Shown in pieces: positions 45,564 to 54,458 of a DNA stretch of 54,458 bases. How positions within the stretch are numbered: position 1 is the stretch's first letter; each line of letters begins with the position of its first letter. Origin of the DNA: an uncultured Candidatus Saccharibacteria bacterium (lineage in GTDB: Bacteria > Patescibacteriota > Minisyncoccia > Phycocordibacterales > CSBR16-119); contig CAZBAG010000001.1 of assembly GCA_964490365.1 (NCBI GenBank), forward strand, positions 1 through 54,458. Reading direction: 5' to 3'. Below the pieces are notes generated by a model. It was not told the origin of the DNA. It searched no databases and saw only the letters and a list, made by a program, of their open reading frames with translations. The position numbers and the translations under genes were made by a program.

Positions 45564-45596
45564 AAAGCCCTGACGGAATGCGTTCGGGGCTTTTTC
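45564..45596 (+). terminator. intrinsic terminator after the lipoprotein gene
   Basis: AAAGCCC...GGGCTTT stem closing a 16-nt loop, followed by TTCAATT. Confidence 0.6.
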
Positions 45597-45623
45597 AATT
45601 CTTGCTTTTCTGCTTTTTACGCA

Positions 45624-45701
45624 CTACTTTTTACTTTCTAGCTTATGTGGATTGTGGTTTGGACATTTTTTGTCAGAACATCGTTCTGGGATTGTCTTAG
45701 G
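45624..45701 (-). pseudogene. relic duplicate of the topA 3' end (25 codons plus stop)
   Basis: Minus strand reads (TGA)-PKTIPERCSDKKCPNHNPHKLESKK-TAG. The authentic TopA C-terminus reads ...KTIPERCSDKKCPNHRPDKVAK. The 15-aa identity is encoded with several synonymous differences. Confidence 0.7.
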
Positions 45702-45791
45702 TCACAAGTAAAATTCCTGACGGAATTTTCTCGCGACCCCGGCTCGCGGTTTTTGCCTTGAGCTCCGCTCAAACAAAAACATCGCTCCGCC

Positions 45792-45827
45792 TCACAAAAA
45801 CCAAAACACACGAAGCAGTTCGTGTGT
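45792..45827 (-). terminator. topA intrinsic terminator
   Basis: Minus strand reads ACACACGAA-CTGC-TTCGTGTGT followed by TTTGGTTTTTGTG. The hairpin starts at the stop codon. Confidence 0.8.
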
Positions 45828-48007
45828 TATTTTGCCACTTTGTCTGGTCGGTGGTTAGGGCACTTTTTATCAGAACATCTCTCCGGTATGGTTTTTGTGC
45901 CTTCCATCATCAGTTTGCCGCACATTGGGCAGAGAGCGCCTGTTGGTTTTGTTTTGATTGCGTGTTTACAGTCAGGATAATTTGAACAACTATAAAATAT
46001 TCCAAATCGCCCTTTTCGTTCCACCATCTCTCCATTTTTACATTCGGTGCATTTCACACCAGTTTTTCTTTTTGCCACTTCTGCTTCGTCTTCTTTTATG
46101 AATTTACATTTTGGATATCGTGAGCACGATATGAACATGCCAAACCGTCCTTCTCGAAGCACGAGTTTTCCTCCGTGTTTTTCTCCACAATCAGGACATG
46201 TTTCACCAATTTCTTTTGGTCCTTCCATAATTTTCCCTTCTTCGGTTCGAGCACCAACACAGTTTGGAAAATCAGAACAACTCATGAATTTTCCATTCTT
46301 TGAAAGTTTATATACCATCGATTTACCACACACAGGACAAGGAAATTCTTTTGGCGCATCACCAATGTTGGTGAGTTTTTCAATACCATCTTTTTCTTTG
46401 AGTGCTTTGGTAAAAGGTCCATAAAAATCTGAAAGTGTTTTGACGTAGGTTGCTTTGCCGAGCGCAATTTCGTCTAAATTTCCTTCCATCTCAGATGTGA
46501 ATGAATCTGAAATATAGTTTCCGAAATTGTTTTCGATAAATGTTGAGACTACGTCGCCGGTGTCGGTCGGTACGAGTGTGCGTGCATCTTTCACTACGTA
46601 CCCTCGATCAACAATCGTTTTAATAATTGATGCGTAGGTTGAAGGTCGACCAATATCTCTTTTTTCAAGCTCCTTAATAAGTCCAGCTTCAGTGTATCGT
46701 CCTGGTGGTACTGTTTCTTTTTCTTCCATATTTGCTTTAGAAAGGGATAGAGCATCCTTCACTGCAAGTTTTGGTACTTCAACATCTTCTCCTCGAGATC
46801 GTTTGTCTACCGCAAGCCAACCTGGAAAGAGGATCCGAGAACCGTTAATAGAAAAGTTTGGAATAGTCTCTCCCTCTATGTTTGCAGATACTTTTGTTCG
46901 GAGAATTTTTGCCGGAGTCATTTGTGAAGCGATCGCTCGTTCCCAAATCAGGGTGTAAAGCTTCTTTTCATCTTCCGTTGTACCCATGCTCGCGCGCATT
47001 GGATTTGTTGGACGGATTGCTTCGTGTGCCTCCTGAGCGTTCTTTGATTTTTTTGCGTACACATTTGGCTTAGCATATTCTTTGCCAAGATTTTGTTCTA
47101 TATATGAGAGCATTTGTGCTTGGGCTGTTTTTGAAAGGTTGACACTGTCTGTTCTCATGTAGGTTATCAAACCTTTTTCGTAGAGTTTTTGCGCCACACC
47201 CATTGTTCGTGATGGTGCAAAGCCAAGCCTGGTTGATGCAACTTGTTGCATGGTCGATGTGGTAAATGGTGGTCTTGCAACTCTGTTTGCCTCGGTTTCT
47301 TTTACTGATAGCACAGACCAAGCACCGTTTTTAGCTTTTGCAAAAATATCTTCTGCTTCTTTCTTATCCCAAATTTCTTTGTCACAGGTAAAAAGCATTT
47401 CGTCACTTCCTTTTTTAAGAAGTGCCGAAAGGATGTAATAGTTTTCTGGAACAAAGGCTCTGATTTCTCGTTCACGTTCCATAATAATCCGAAGAGCAGG
47501 GGACTGAACGCGACCCGCAGAAAGTCCATAGCGAACTTTTTTCCAGATAAGTCCAGAAAGGTCGTATCCAAAAAGTCTATCAAGTACTCGACGAGCCTCT
47601 TGAGCATTCTTTAAATTCATGTCGACCTCTCTAGGGTGTTGGAGCGCCTCTTTGATTGCTGATTCTGTGATTTCATTGAAAACAATTCTCTTTGGTTTTT
47701 TGAGGCCAAGCGCTTCCTGAAGATGCCAAGCAATAGCTTCTCCTTCGCGGTCGAGGTCAGTTGCTAGAACCACCTCATCGGCTTTTTTAGCTATGGTGCG
47801 TAGTTCATCTACTACCTTTTTCTTGAGTGGAGAAATTTCATAGGTTGGTGCAAAATCATTTTTAATATCAACTGCTTTTTTGTTTGATTTTGGCAAATCT
47901 CGAATGTGTCCAACAGACGCGCGAACGGTATATTTATTGTCTAAGTATTTCTCGATTGTTTTTGCTTTTGATGGTGACTCAACGATAAGTAGTTTCATAA
48001 CTTTCAT
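45827..48007 (-). CDS. topA: DNA topoisomerase I with multiple C-terminal zinc ribbons
   Basis: 726 aa. TOPRIM (LLIVESPSKAKTI, ATDLDREGEAIAWH), catalytic region (ITYMRTDS), four CxxC...CxxC zinc-ribbon repeats. Confidence 0.96.
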   Translation of the reverse strand: MKVMKLLIVESPSKAKTIEKYLDNKYTVRASVGHIRDLPKSNKKAVDIKNDFAPTYEISPLKKKVVDELRTIAKKADEVVLATDLDREGEAIAWHLQEALGLKKPKRIVFNEITESAIKEALQHPREVDMNLKNAQEARRVLDRLFGYDLSGLIWKKVRYGLSAGRVQSPALRIIMEREREIRAFVPENYYILSALLKKGSDEMLFTCDKEIWDKKEAEDIFAKAKNGAWSVLSVKETEANRVARPPFTTSTMQQVASTRLGFAPSRTMGVAQKLYEKGLITYMRTDSVNLSKTAQAQMLSYIEQNLGKEYAKPNVYAKKSKNAQEAHEAIRPTNPMRASMGTTEDEKKLYTLIWERAIASQMTPAKILRTKVSANIEGETIPNFSINGSRILFPGWLAVDKRSRGEDVEVPKLAVKDALSLSKANMEEKETVPPGRYTEAGLIKELEKRDIGRPSTYASIIKTIVDRGYVVKDARTLVPTDTGDVVSTFIENNFGNYISDSFTSEMEGNLDEIALGKATYVKTLSDFYGPFTKALKEKDGIEKLTNIGDAPKEFPCPVCGKSMVYKLSKNGKFMSCSDFPNCVGARTEEGKIMEGPKEIGETCPDCGEKHGGKLVLREGRFGMFISCSRYPKCKFIKEDEAEVAKRKTGVKCTECKNGEMVERKGRFGIFYSCSNYPDCKHAIKTKPTGALCPMCGKLMMEGTKTIPERCSDKKCPNHRPDKVAK

Positions 48008-48041
48008 AGTAATACTATAAATTGTTCATGTATGCAAATTA

Positions 48042-48074
48042 ATAAAAGAATAGCCCGTGCATAACACGGGCTAT
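48042..48074 (-). terminator. intrinsic terminator of the 147-aa ORF
   Basis: ATAGCCCGTG-loop-CACGGGCTAT, followed on the minus strand by TCTTTTATT. Confidence 0.8.
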
Positions 48075-48090
48075 TTAGGGTGATTGCGCA

Positions 48091-48534
48091 TTAATCAAAA
48101 ACCTTAATGGAGGAGATGAGAGTGTTACCTTTTGTAGGAATATCAGCAACCTCCAATGTTGATAATTCAATTTTCCTACAACCCTCCTTTGAGAGTAGTG
48201 CGATCACAAAAATATCTCCATCTCCCGCCTCTAAAACCAGGCCGTTCCTCGTCCAGGTTTCCGCTGACTTGTAAGATGAGATTGGAGTATCCATCCAACG
48301 AGCAATTTCGTTATTGAGATCTATGGTTGAAAAACGATCTGTGAGCATTTTTACTCGGATGTTTTGTTCTCCCACAATATTTACTAGATGGAGAGACCCA
48401 ACTTTCTTGAATTGATCAGTTTCCCAGATGATACTAAGAGCCTCTTTGATTGAGGTGATAAGACTCTGCTTCCAGTCAACATCAGTATTGATACTTCCAG
48501 CATCTATACTAAGAAGTGCAATATACTTTTTCAT
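48091..48534 (-). CDS. hypothetical protein (147 aa) between dprA and topA
   Basis: Uninterrupted ORF with its own terminator. No recognised motif. Confidence 0.55.
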   Translation of the reverse strand: MKKYIALLSIDAGSINTDVDWKQSLITSIKEALSIIWETDQFKKVGSLHLVNIVGEQNIRVKMLTDRFSTIDLNNEIARWMDTPISSYKSAETWTRNGLVLEAGDGDIFVIALLSKEGCRKIELSTLEVADIPTKGNTLISSIKVFD

Positions 48535-48591
48535 GAGAACATGTATTGGTTTTGACCATTGTGCACATTTTTGTATGACAAGTCAACCAAC

Positions 48592-49446
48592 CTATATACG
48601 CTCAATTTTTTCACCTTCTTGCGTAATAAGTCCGCGAATTTCAAGCATGGTTACTAACGTGTTTATTTCAGAAATTGATTTCTGACATTTTTCAGCAAGT
48701 TCTTCTTTTGTTCTAGGCTCACGAAGAAGTTCTAAGATTGCTCGTTCCTCATCTGGTAGATCAGAGGGTGCCCGAGGAGTCGCCGCTGTCTCTTTTGGGG
48801 TAAGTCCGAGCGCTTCTAAAATATCAGCACTTTTTAAAACCGGAGTTGCTCCAAGGCGAAGAAGTTCGTTGGTGCCTTTTGAGGTTGGGGAATTAATATT
48901 TCCAGGAATTACTAATACTTCACGGTTGTAGTCTGTCGCAAGGCGCGCTGTGGTCAGCGTTCCCGATTTTTCCTCGGCTTCTATTAATAGAACTGCATCG
49001 GAAAGTCCTGCACCAATTCTATTTCTTTGAATAAAACTCCAAGGCGTTGCTTTGAAGTTTGGTTCAAATTCTGAAAGAAGGCATCCACCCGACTCTAAAA
49101 TCTTTCGTGAGAGCTTGAAGTTGCTTTTAGGATAGAGAACTGATGGATCGAGTCCTGAGCCGGGCACTGCGATAGTTTTTAATCCTGCTCGGATTGCACT
49201 TTCGTGAGCAATTGCATCAATACCAAGCGCCATGCCTGAAACAATAACAATAGGGTAGCCAGCAAGTTTTTCAATTAATTTTTCGCACACCATTTTCCCA
49301 TAGGTGCTATGCTTTCGTGAACCAACGACCGTTAAAAATTTCATTTCTTCATCAGGAAATTCACCCTGGATATAGAGCTTCGTAGGAGGATCTGCTATTT
49401 CTTGAAGGCGATATGGAATATGTAAAAATTCTTCTATCGGAAACAT
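48592..49446 (-). CDS. dprA: DNA-processing protein A (Smf)
   Basis: 284 aa. Rossmann-like core (VVGSRKHSTYG, IVSGMALGIDAIAHESA, PGSGLD) and a C-terminal winged-helix-like tail. Confidence 0.9.
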   Translation of the reverse strand: MFPIEEFLHIPYRLQEIADPPTKLYIQGEFPDEEMKFLTVVGSRKHSTYGKMVCEKLIEKLAGYPIVIVSGMALGIDAIAHESAIRAGLKTIAVPGSGLDPSVLYPKSNFKLSRKILESGGCLLSEFEPNFKATPWSFIQRNRIGAGLSDAVLLIEAEEKSGTLTTARLATDYNREVLVIPGNINSPTSKGTNELLRLGATPVLKSADILEALGLTPKETAATPRAPSDLPDEERAILELLREPRTKEELAEKCQKSISEINTLVTMLEIRGLITQEGEKIERI

Positions 49447-49484
49447 ACTTTCTAAATTGTATCATTTTTTGTATAATACCAATC

Positions 49485-50747
49485 ATGTTAGATATCAAAT
49501 TTATTCGCGAAAATAAAGATATTGTAGAGATCGCAATAACTAAAAAGAAGGTGAAACTCAACCTGAACGAGTTACTTGAAGCTGATGACAAGCGTCTTAC
49601 GGTACTTGCAGAGGTTGAGCGTCTTCGTGCAAAACAAAATCTTGTCAGCGAACGAATGCCACAATTAAAAGACGAATCGGAAAAAGCCGAACTTATTCGT
49701 CAAATGCAAATTCTTAAAGAAGATCTTAAAAAAGAAGAAGATGTTCTGAAAGAGGTGATGGAAGTTTGGCGAGGACTCATGCTTCGCGTTCCAAACGTTC
49801 CCGATATTTCTGTTCCCGATGGAGATTCAGATGCCGATAATAAAGAAGTAAAAGTATGGGGAGAAAAAACCATTTTTGATTTTAAACCAAAAGATCATGT
49901 TGAGATTATGACAAAGCTCGATATGGTTGATTTCGAACGCGGAACAAAAGTGCACGGTTTCCGAGGATACTTCTTAAAGAATGATGGGGCGATACTTTCA
50001 ATGGCGATCTGGCGATATGCAATGGACTTTTTTGGAAAGCGTGGTTTTACTCCAATGATTGCGCCCGCGATTGCTCGTAAAGAACATTTCTTTGGAACGG
50101 GGCATTTGCCAGGTGATGCTGAAGATTTGTTTGAAACCCAGGACGATGACTACCTATCTGGAACAGCTGAAGTTCCGGTTATGGGCTATTATTCAAATGA
50201 AGTGCTGACCAAAGCTGATCTGCCGAAAAAATTCCTAGCGTTTTCTCCATGCTACCGTCGAGAAGCTGGTAGTCATGGAAAAGACACCAAAGGACTTATT
50301 CGTGTGCACGAGTTTTATAAAGTTGAACAAGTGATTTTGTGTGAAGCGAGTCACGAAACATCGGTTACGCTCCACGAATGGCTCAACCGAAACACCGAAG
50401 AATTTATTGAGTCTTTGAATATTCCGTATCATACGGTGATGAACTGTGGTGGCGACCTTGGTCTTGGTCAGGTAAAAAAATATGACATTGAGCTGTGGGT
50501 TCCTGGTGAAGAAAAATATCGCGAGATCTCTTCTGCGTCATACTTCCACGATTTCCAAACACGACGATTTAATATTCGATATAAAGACGAAGAGGGTAAA
50601 ATACGATTTGCTCACTCACTCAACTGTACAGCGATCCCAACACCTCGTATTCTTGTTTCGTTGATAGAAAATTTCCAACAAGCTGATGGCTCAGTGCGCA
50701 TACCAGATGTGCTTGTACCATACATGGGTAAAGATAGTATCTCTTAA
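49485..50747 (+). CDS. serS: seryl-tRNA synthetase
   Basis: ATG at 49485 (MLDIKFIRENKD...). N-terminal coiled coil and class II motifs (FRGYFLK, CYRREAGSHGKDTKGLIRVHEF, NCTAIPTPR). TATAAT ends 7 nt before the ATG. Confidence 0.95.
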   Translation: MLDIKFIRENKDIVEIAITKKKVKLNLNELLEADDKRLTVLAEVERLRAKQNLVSERMPQLKDESEKAELIRQMQILKEDLKKEEDVLKEVMEVWRGLMLRVPNVPDISVPDGDSDADNKEVKVWGEKTIFDFKPKDHVEIMTKLDMVDFERGTKVHGFRGYFLKNDGAILSMAIWRYAMDFFGKRGFTPMIAPAIARKEHFFGTGHLPGDAEDLFETQDDDYLSGTAEVPVMGYYSNEVLTKADLPKKFLAFSPCYRREAGSHGKDTKGLIRVHEFYKVEQVILCEASHETSVTLHEWLNRNTEEFIESLNIPYHTVMNCGGDLGLGQVKKYDIELWVPGEEKYREISSASYFHDFQTRRFNIRYKDEEGKIRFAHSLNCTAIPTPRILVSLIENFQQADGSVRIPDVLVPYMGKDSIS

Positions 50748-50752
50748 TCTTT

Positions 50753-51616
50753 ATGATGCGAGAACGAATTACAAGTACTTCAAACGTTACCCGAGAACGT
50801 CAAAAAAGGACTTTTATAAAAATGCTTTGGATAGTTTTGGCAAGCATTGTGTTCGTTATCGGTCTTGCATTTCTTTCTCACATAGATAATTTACTTATCA
50901 ATACCGTTTCTGTTTCAGGGAATCAAATTCTTAAAGAAGAAGATATTGAAAAAGAAACATTTGAGCTGCTTTCAAAAAAACGTTTTTTGGTGTTTGCTGG
51001 AGAGAATAAATTTCTGTACTCCAAAAAAAATATTGAAGCTGGCTTAAAAGAGGTATTTCCTCGAATTTTGACTATTACGACAAAACGAGAAGGTTTCAAC
51101 CTTCATTTTAGTCTTGTCGAACGAGAGCGAGCCCATTTGTGGTGCGGGGAAACACCTCCACAATACGGAGATGTATCTCCACAAGAAGATTGTTACTTTC
51201 TCGACGACAGTGGATTTATTTTTGACACCTCACCAAGATTTTCTTCTGGGGTCTATTTTACGTTCTATTCACCTATTCCGAGCGAAAATCCAATTGGTCA
51301 ACATATTTTAGATTTTGATTTCTTGAAAGATATTGAGTTGTTAATTAAAGGAGTTGATGATGCGGGGTTTCCGGTCCATTCTCTTGTGGCTCGGCATGAT
51401 GGTCAATATGAACTACTCTTTAATATGTCATCACTACGTGGAGAATATCCAAAGTTACTCTTTACCGCCGATCAGAGTTTAGACGAGGTATACAATAAGT
51501 TTATTTCAATTGTAGGGGAGGATCCTTTTAAAACTGATTTTGAAATGTCGCCTGGCAAGCTCGAATATATCGATGCGCGGTTTAATAATAGAATATTCTA
51601 TAAATTTACAGAGTAA
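50753..51616 (+). CDS. ftsQ: cell-division protein FtsQ/DivIB-like (POTRA domain)
   Basis: 287 aa. N-terminal TM helix and a POTRA-like segment (INTVSVSGNQILKEEDIEKE...FSLVERERAHLW). Confidence 0.7.
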   Translation: MMRERITSTSNVTRERQKRTFIKMLWIVLASIVFVIGLAFLSHIDNLLINTVSVSGNQILKEEDIEKETFELLSKKRFLVFAGENKFLYSKKNIEAGLKEVFPRILTITTKREGFNLHFSLVERERAHLWCGETPPQYGDVSPQEDCYFLDDSGFIFDTSPRFSSGVYFTFYSPIPSENPIGQHILDFDFLKDIELLIKGVDDAGFPVHSLVARHDGQYELLFNMSSLRGEYPKLLFTADQSLDEVYNKFISIVGEDPFKTDFEMSPGKLEYIDARFNNRIFYKFTE

Positions 51617-51617
51617 T

Positions 51618-52673
51618 ATGATATTGAATTGGTTTAAAAAAAAGAACGTTCAGTATGATCCATATCTTAATGAAACTATTCACTTGGGTTTTTGGGAAAA
51701 GCTTGTTCAAACAAAGCGTCCGTTTTTTGTTTTAGCTCCAATGGCCGATGTCACTGATATTGCGTTTCGTAGTGTTATTGCTAAATATTCACGACATGGG
51801 GAAATTGGAGGTGGTCCGGATGTGTTTTGGACAGAATTTGTTTCAGCTGATGGGCTTAGTTCTGCAGGAAAAGAAAAACTACTTATTGATTTAGCATACG
51901 AACCAAACCAGCATCCAATTGTTGCTCAAATCTTTGGTTCTGATGAACAAAATATGGAGGCGGTGGCGAGACTTTGCAAAGATCTTGGCTTTGACGGTAT
52001 CGATATTAATATGGGTTGTCCTGATAAGGCGATTATAAAGCAAGGTTGTGGTGCTGGTGCCATTCAAGATCCTGACAAGGCGGTAAAAATTATTCAAGCA
52101 GTGAAGCGTGGTGCGGGGGATATTCCAGTGTCGGTTAAAACACGACTTGGTTTTAATAAAAATGAAATCGATACATGGATTCCGAAAATTTTATCCGCAG
52201 GAATTGCTGTACTTACTATTCATGGTCGAACAAAAAAGGACATGTCAAAAGTTCCAGCTCGTTGGGATGATATCAAAAAGGTAACAGATCTTGTTCGTCA
52301 AAGCGGTCTTAAAACACTAGTAATTGGGAACGGAGATGTTATGTCAGTTTCTGACGGAAGAGAAAAGGCGAGTCATTCCGGTGTTGATGGTCTTATGTTG
52401 GGGCGAGCTATTTTCGGAAACCCATGGCTTTTTGATGAACAGAAACAAGAAGTTTCTATTTCGGAAAAACTCACCGTTATGCTTGAGCATACAAAATTAT
52501 TTGTGTCGTATTTAGGACAACATAAAAATTTTAATATTATGAAGAAGCACTATAAGGCATATGTGAATAATTTCCCAGGAGCTAAAGAGCTTCGTATCAA
52601 GTTGATGGAGTCAGAAAATTATGAAGAAATTGAAAGATATACCCATGAATTTCTTGCTTCACTGAAGGTCTAG
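51618..52673 (+). CDS. dus: tRNA-dihydrouridine synthase
   Basis: ATG at 51618. FVLAPMADVTDIAFR, DINMGCP and TIHGRT motifs. Confidence 0.9.
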   Translation: MILNWFKKKNVQYDPYLNETIHLGFWEKLVQTKRPFFVLAPMADVTDIAFRSVIAKYSRHGEIGGGPDVFWTEFVSADGLSSAGKEKLLIDLAYEPNQHPIVAQIFGSDEQNMEAVARLCKDLGFDGIDINMGCPDKAIIKQGCGAGAIQDPDKAVKIIQAVKRGAGDIPVSVKTRLGFNKNEIDTWIPKILSAGIAVLTIHGRTKKDMSKVPARWDDIKKVTDLVRQSGLKTLVIGNGDVMSVSDGREKASHSGVDGLMLGRAIFGNPWLFDEQKQEVSISEKLTVMLEHTKLFVSYLGQHKNFNIMKKHYKAYVNNFPGAKELRIKLMESENYEEIERYTHEFLASLKV

Positions 52674-52730
52674 TTAATTATATTGACTTTTAAATTATAA
52701 ATCGGTAGATTTCTGGGGTACAATTTATAT

Positions 52731-53159
52731 ATGGAAGCATCACAAAAGAAAATTATTGGTCGCCTTGAATATGTTGATCTGCCAGATTTTGGTTTGTCGG
52801 GAATTATCGGGAAAATAGATACCGGGGCGTATAACGGGGCCATTCACACCACTCACGTACACGAGACAACTATTGATGGGGTGAATGTTATAGAATTTAG
52901 TTTACTTGATTCTGATCATCCGGAATTTAAAGAAGATGTCTATCGGGTTGATGATTTTAAAAAGAGAATGGTTAAAAATTCAAATGGTGATTCTGAGCTT
53001 CGATATTTTATCTCTACAAAAATTATACTGAAAGGTGAAGAGATACCTGTCCGATTTAGTTTAAGCAATCGCAAAAATCTTAAACATCCGATTCTGGTTG
53101 GACGAAAAATTATTAAAAAACGTTTTATTGTTGATGTAAGTAAAAAATTTACAAAATAG
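52731..53159 (+). CDS. RimK-associated retropepsin-like protein (putative ATP-dependent zinc protease family, DUF785-like)
   Basis: 142 aa. IGRLEYVDLPDFGL...GKIDTGAYNGAIH and PILVGRKIIKKRFIVDV. Sits directly upstream of rimK, the usual context for this family. Confidence 0.75.
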   Translation: MEASQKKIIGRLEYVDLPDFGLSGIIGKIDTGAYNGAIHTTHVHETTIDGVNVIEFSLLDSDHPEFKEDVYRVDDFKKRMVKNSNGDSELRYFISTKIILKGEEIPVRFSLSNRKNLKHPILVGRKIIKKRFIVDVSKKFTK

Positions 53160-53161
53160 GT

Positions 53162-54112
53162 ATGCATATTGTTATTCTTTCAAGAAAGCCAGAGCTCTAT
53201 TCAACACGACGACTGGTAGAAGCGGGTCAGCAAGCGGGACACACCGTCTCTATTATTGACCACACAAAATGTAATTTGATTATGGAAAAGGCGAAGCCTG
53301 CTATTCGTGTTGGCGCTGACTATATTAAAGACGTTGATATTATTATTCCAAGAATCGGAGCATCGGTGACAGTATATGGCGCAGCAGTAATTAGACAGTT
53401 TGATCTGATGGGTGTTGCGTCGACACTTACGTCAACAGCGCTTATTCGATCAAGAGATAAACTACGCAGTTTACAAATCCTTTCAAAGTCTGGTGTTGGT
53501 ATTCCTAAATCAGTATTTGCTCGCCATCCAAAAGCTGACGACGTAAAAACTATGATTAGTGAAGCAGGTGGTACACCAGTAATTCTTAAGCTTCTTGAAG
53601 GTACACACGGAACAGGTGTTATTAAAGTAGATTCAGTATCATCTGCAAAATCTGCCGTCGAAGCTTTTTCTGGGCTTAAAAAAGATATCATTGTTCAAGA
53701 ATTTATTGAAGAGGCAAATGGAAAAGATATCCGAGCTTTTGTGGTTGACGGAGAAGTTGTTGGGGCAATGGAGCGCAGTGGTCAGGGAGACGAATTTCGT
53801 TCAAATCTTCACAAGGGCGGAGTTGCGAGGCCAATTACGTTATCTCCGAAAGAAAAAGCAGTTGCTATTGAAGCGGCAAACTTGCATGGCCTTACGGTTG
53901 CTGGTGTTGATATGCTCATTTCAGCACGCGGGCCGCTTATTATTGAAGTGAACTCCTCTCCTGGGCTTCAAGGGATCGAACGAGCAACAGGAGTAGATAT
54001 TGCCGGAAAGATTATTGAAGCTGCTACGAAAAAAATACACAAAAAAATCAAAGAAAAAGAAAAGGCAAAATCTAAAAAGAAAAAGAAGAAGAAAGTTGAT
54101 AATAATGAGTAA
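53162..54112 (+). CDS. rimK: RimK-family ATP-grasp alpha-L-glutamate ligase with Lys-rich C-terminal tail
   Basis: 316 aa. ILSRKPELYSTRRL, PVILKLLEGTHGTGV, VQEFIEEANGKDIRAFVV, GVDML...PLIIEVNSSPG. Tail KKIHKKIKEKEKAKSKKKKKKKV. Confidence 0.9.
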   Translation: MHIVILSRKPELYSTRRLVEAGQQAGHTVSIIDHTKCNLIMEKAKPAIRVGADYIKDVDIIIPRIGASVTVYGAAVIRQFDLMGVASTLTSTALIRSRDKLRSLQILSKSGVGIPKSVFARHPKADDVKTMISEAGGTPVILKLLEGTHGTGVIKVDSVSSAKSAVEAFSGLKKDIIVQEFIEEANGKDIRAFVVDGEVVGAMERSGQGDEFRSNLHKGGVARPITLSPKEKAVAIEAANLHGLTVAGVDMLISARGPLIIEVNSSPGLQGIERATGVDIAGKIIEAATKKIHKKIKEKEKAKSKKKKKKKVDNNE

Positions 54113-54115
54113 TTA

Positions 54116-54141
54116 AAGGCCTCCTTTTTGGAGGCTTTTTG
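54116..54141 (+). terminator. intrinsic terminator
   Basis: GCCTCC-TTTTT-GGAGGC followed by TTTTTG. Confidence 0.85.
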
Positions 54142-54151
54142 CTTCTGCTAT

Positions 54152-54458
54152 AATGGGAGCATGTCAGAATTAGCATTGTATAGAAAATATAGACCTTCGG
54201 CTTTTAATGAAGTGTTGGGTCAAGATCATATTGTTACTGTTCTTAAAGGGGCTCTAAAGCTTGGTAATATATCTCACGCGTATCTTTTTTATGGACCGCG
54301 AGGAACAGGGAAGACATCGATTGCAAGAATTGTTGCGCGCGAACTCGATACAAAAGATCACGATGTCTACGAGATAGACGCTGCATCAAACAGAAAAATT
54401 GAAGATATTCGAGAAGTTCGAGATTCAGTTCGAACACTTCCTTTTGATTCAAAATATA
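54152..54458 (+). CDS. dnaX: DNA polymerase III gamma/tau subunit, N-terminal part (continues beyond window)
   Basis: Hand translation: MSELALYRKYRPSAFNEVLGQDHIVTVLKGALKLGNISHAYLFYGPRGTGKTSIARI... (Walker A). Extended -10 TGCTATAAT ends 6 nt before the ATG. Confidence 0.9.

Noticed and set aside
45758-45985. 75-aa plus-strand ORF spanning the topA terminator and 3' end. Also 46047-46424, 46692-46958 and similar.
   Set aside because: Antisense to the topA zinc-ribbon region; a shadow ORF.
54243-54452. 69-aa minus-strand ORF at the end of the window.
   Set aside because: Antisense to the clearly recognisable dnaX N-terminus (Walker A GPRGTGKT), which is not in the ORF track only because it runs off the window.
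1-54458. Possibility of an alternative genetic code (UGA recoding, as in some CPR lineages).
   Set aside because: All conserved housekeeping genes are full length and uninterrupted under the standard code, and TGA terminates at least one well-delimited ORF (28075-28077, directly followed by a terminator).

Overview
54.5-kb chromosomal segment from a low-GC, gene-dense, streamlined bacterium that reads cleanly in the standard genetic code. Hand-counted 60-nt samples give about 35% GC in housekeeping genes. Shortened housekeeping proteins, almost no Shine-Dalgarno sequences and large surface proteins anchored by peptidoglycan-binding domains fit a Candidate Phyla Radiation / Patescibacteria (Parcubacteria-like) genome best; that placement is inference, because no database search was possible. 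Backbone, in order: rpoB (3' end)-rpoC-dnaG-rpoD; a DUF378 / GT2 synthase / CxxC protein / HAD envelope block; tRNA-Thr; rpsB-tsf; proS-mreB-mreC-tgt; contiguous uvrB-uvrA-uvrC; ddl-tag; tRNA-Ala; a membrane metallophosphoesterase; a five-gene cell-surface island (30.1-40.3 kb); leuS-murJ; a lipoprotein gene; topA; dprA; serS; ftsQ-like; dus; a retropepsin-like/rimK pair; dnaX (5' end). No CRISPR array, transposase, integrase or rRNA is visible. Main observations: (1) Downstream of tRNA-Ala (26.8-28.8 kb) lie tandem one- or two-gene cassettes. Each starts after a copy of the tRNA 3' end plus its terminator hairpin, and the internal junctions carry a conserved 23-codon reverse-strand micro-ORF whose substitutions are mostly synonymous. 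(2) One cassette encodes a Pro1 tautomerase-like domain fused to an RNA polymerase alpha-CTD-like domain. (3) An orphan GC-rich structured small RNA of about 205 nt, with a consensus promoter and an intrinsic terminator, converges on murJ. (4) A diverged relic copy of the topA 3' end lies just downstream of topA. (5) Small, GC-richer, independently promoted minus-strand ORFs are interleaved with the clustered uvrBAC genes. (6) The sigma-70 homologue carries a histone-like poly-Lys N-terminus. (7) Promoter geometry at many genes suggests widespread leaderless or SD-less initiation. All family calls rest on motif recognition by eye.
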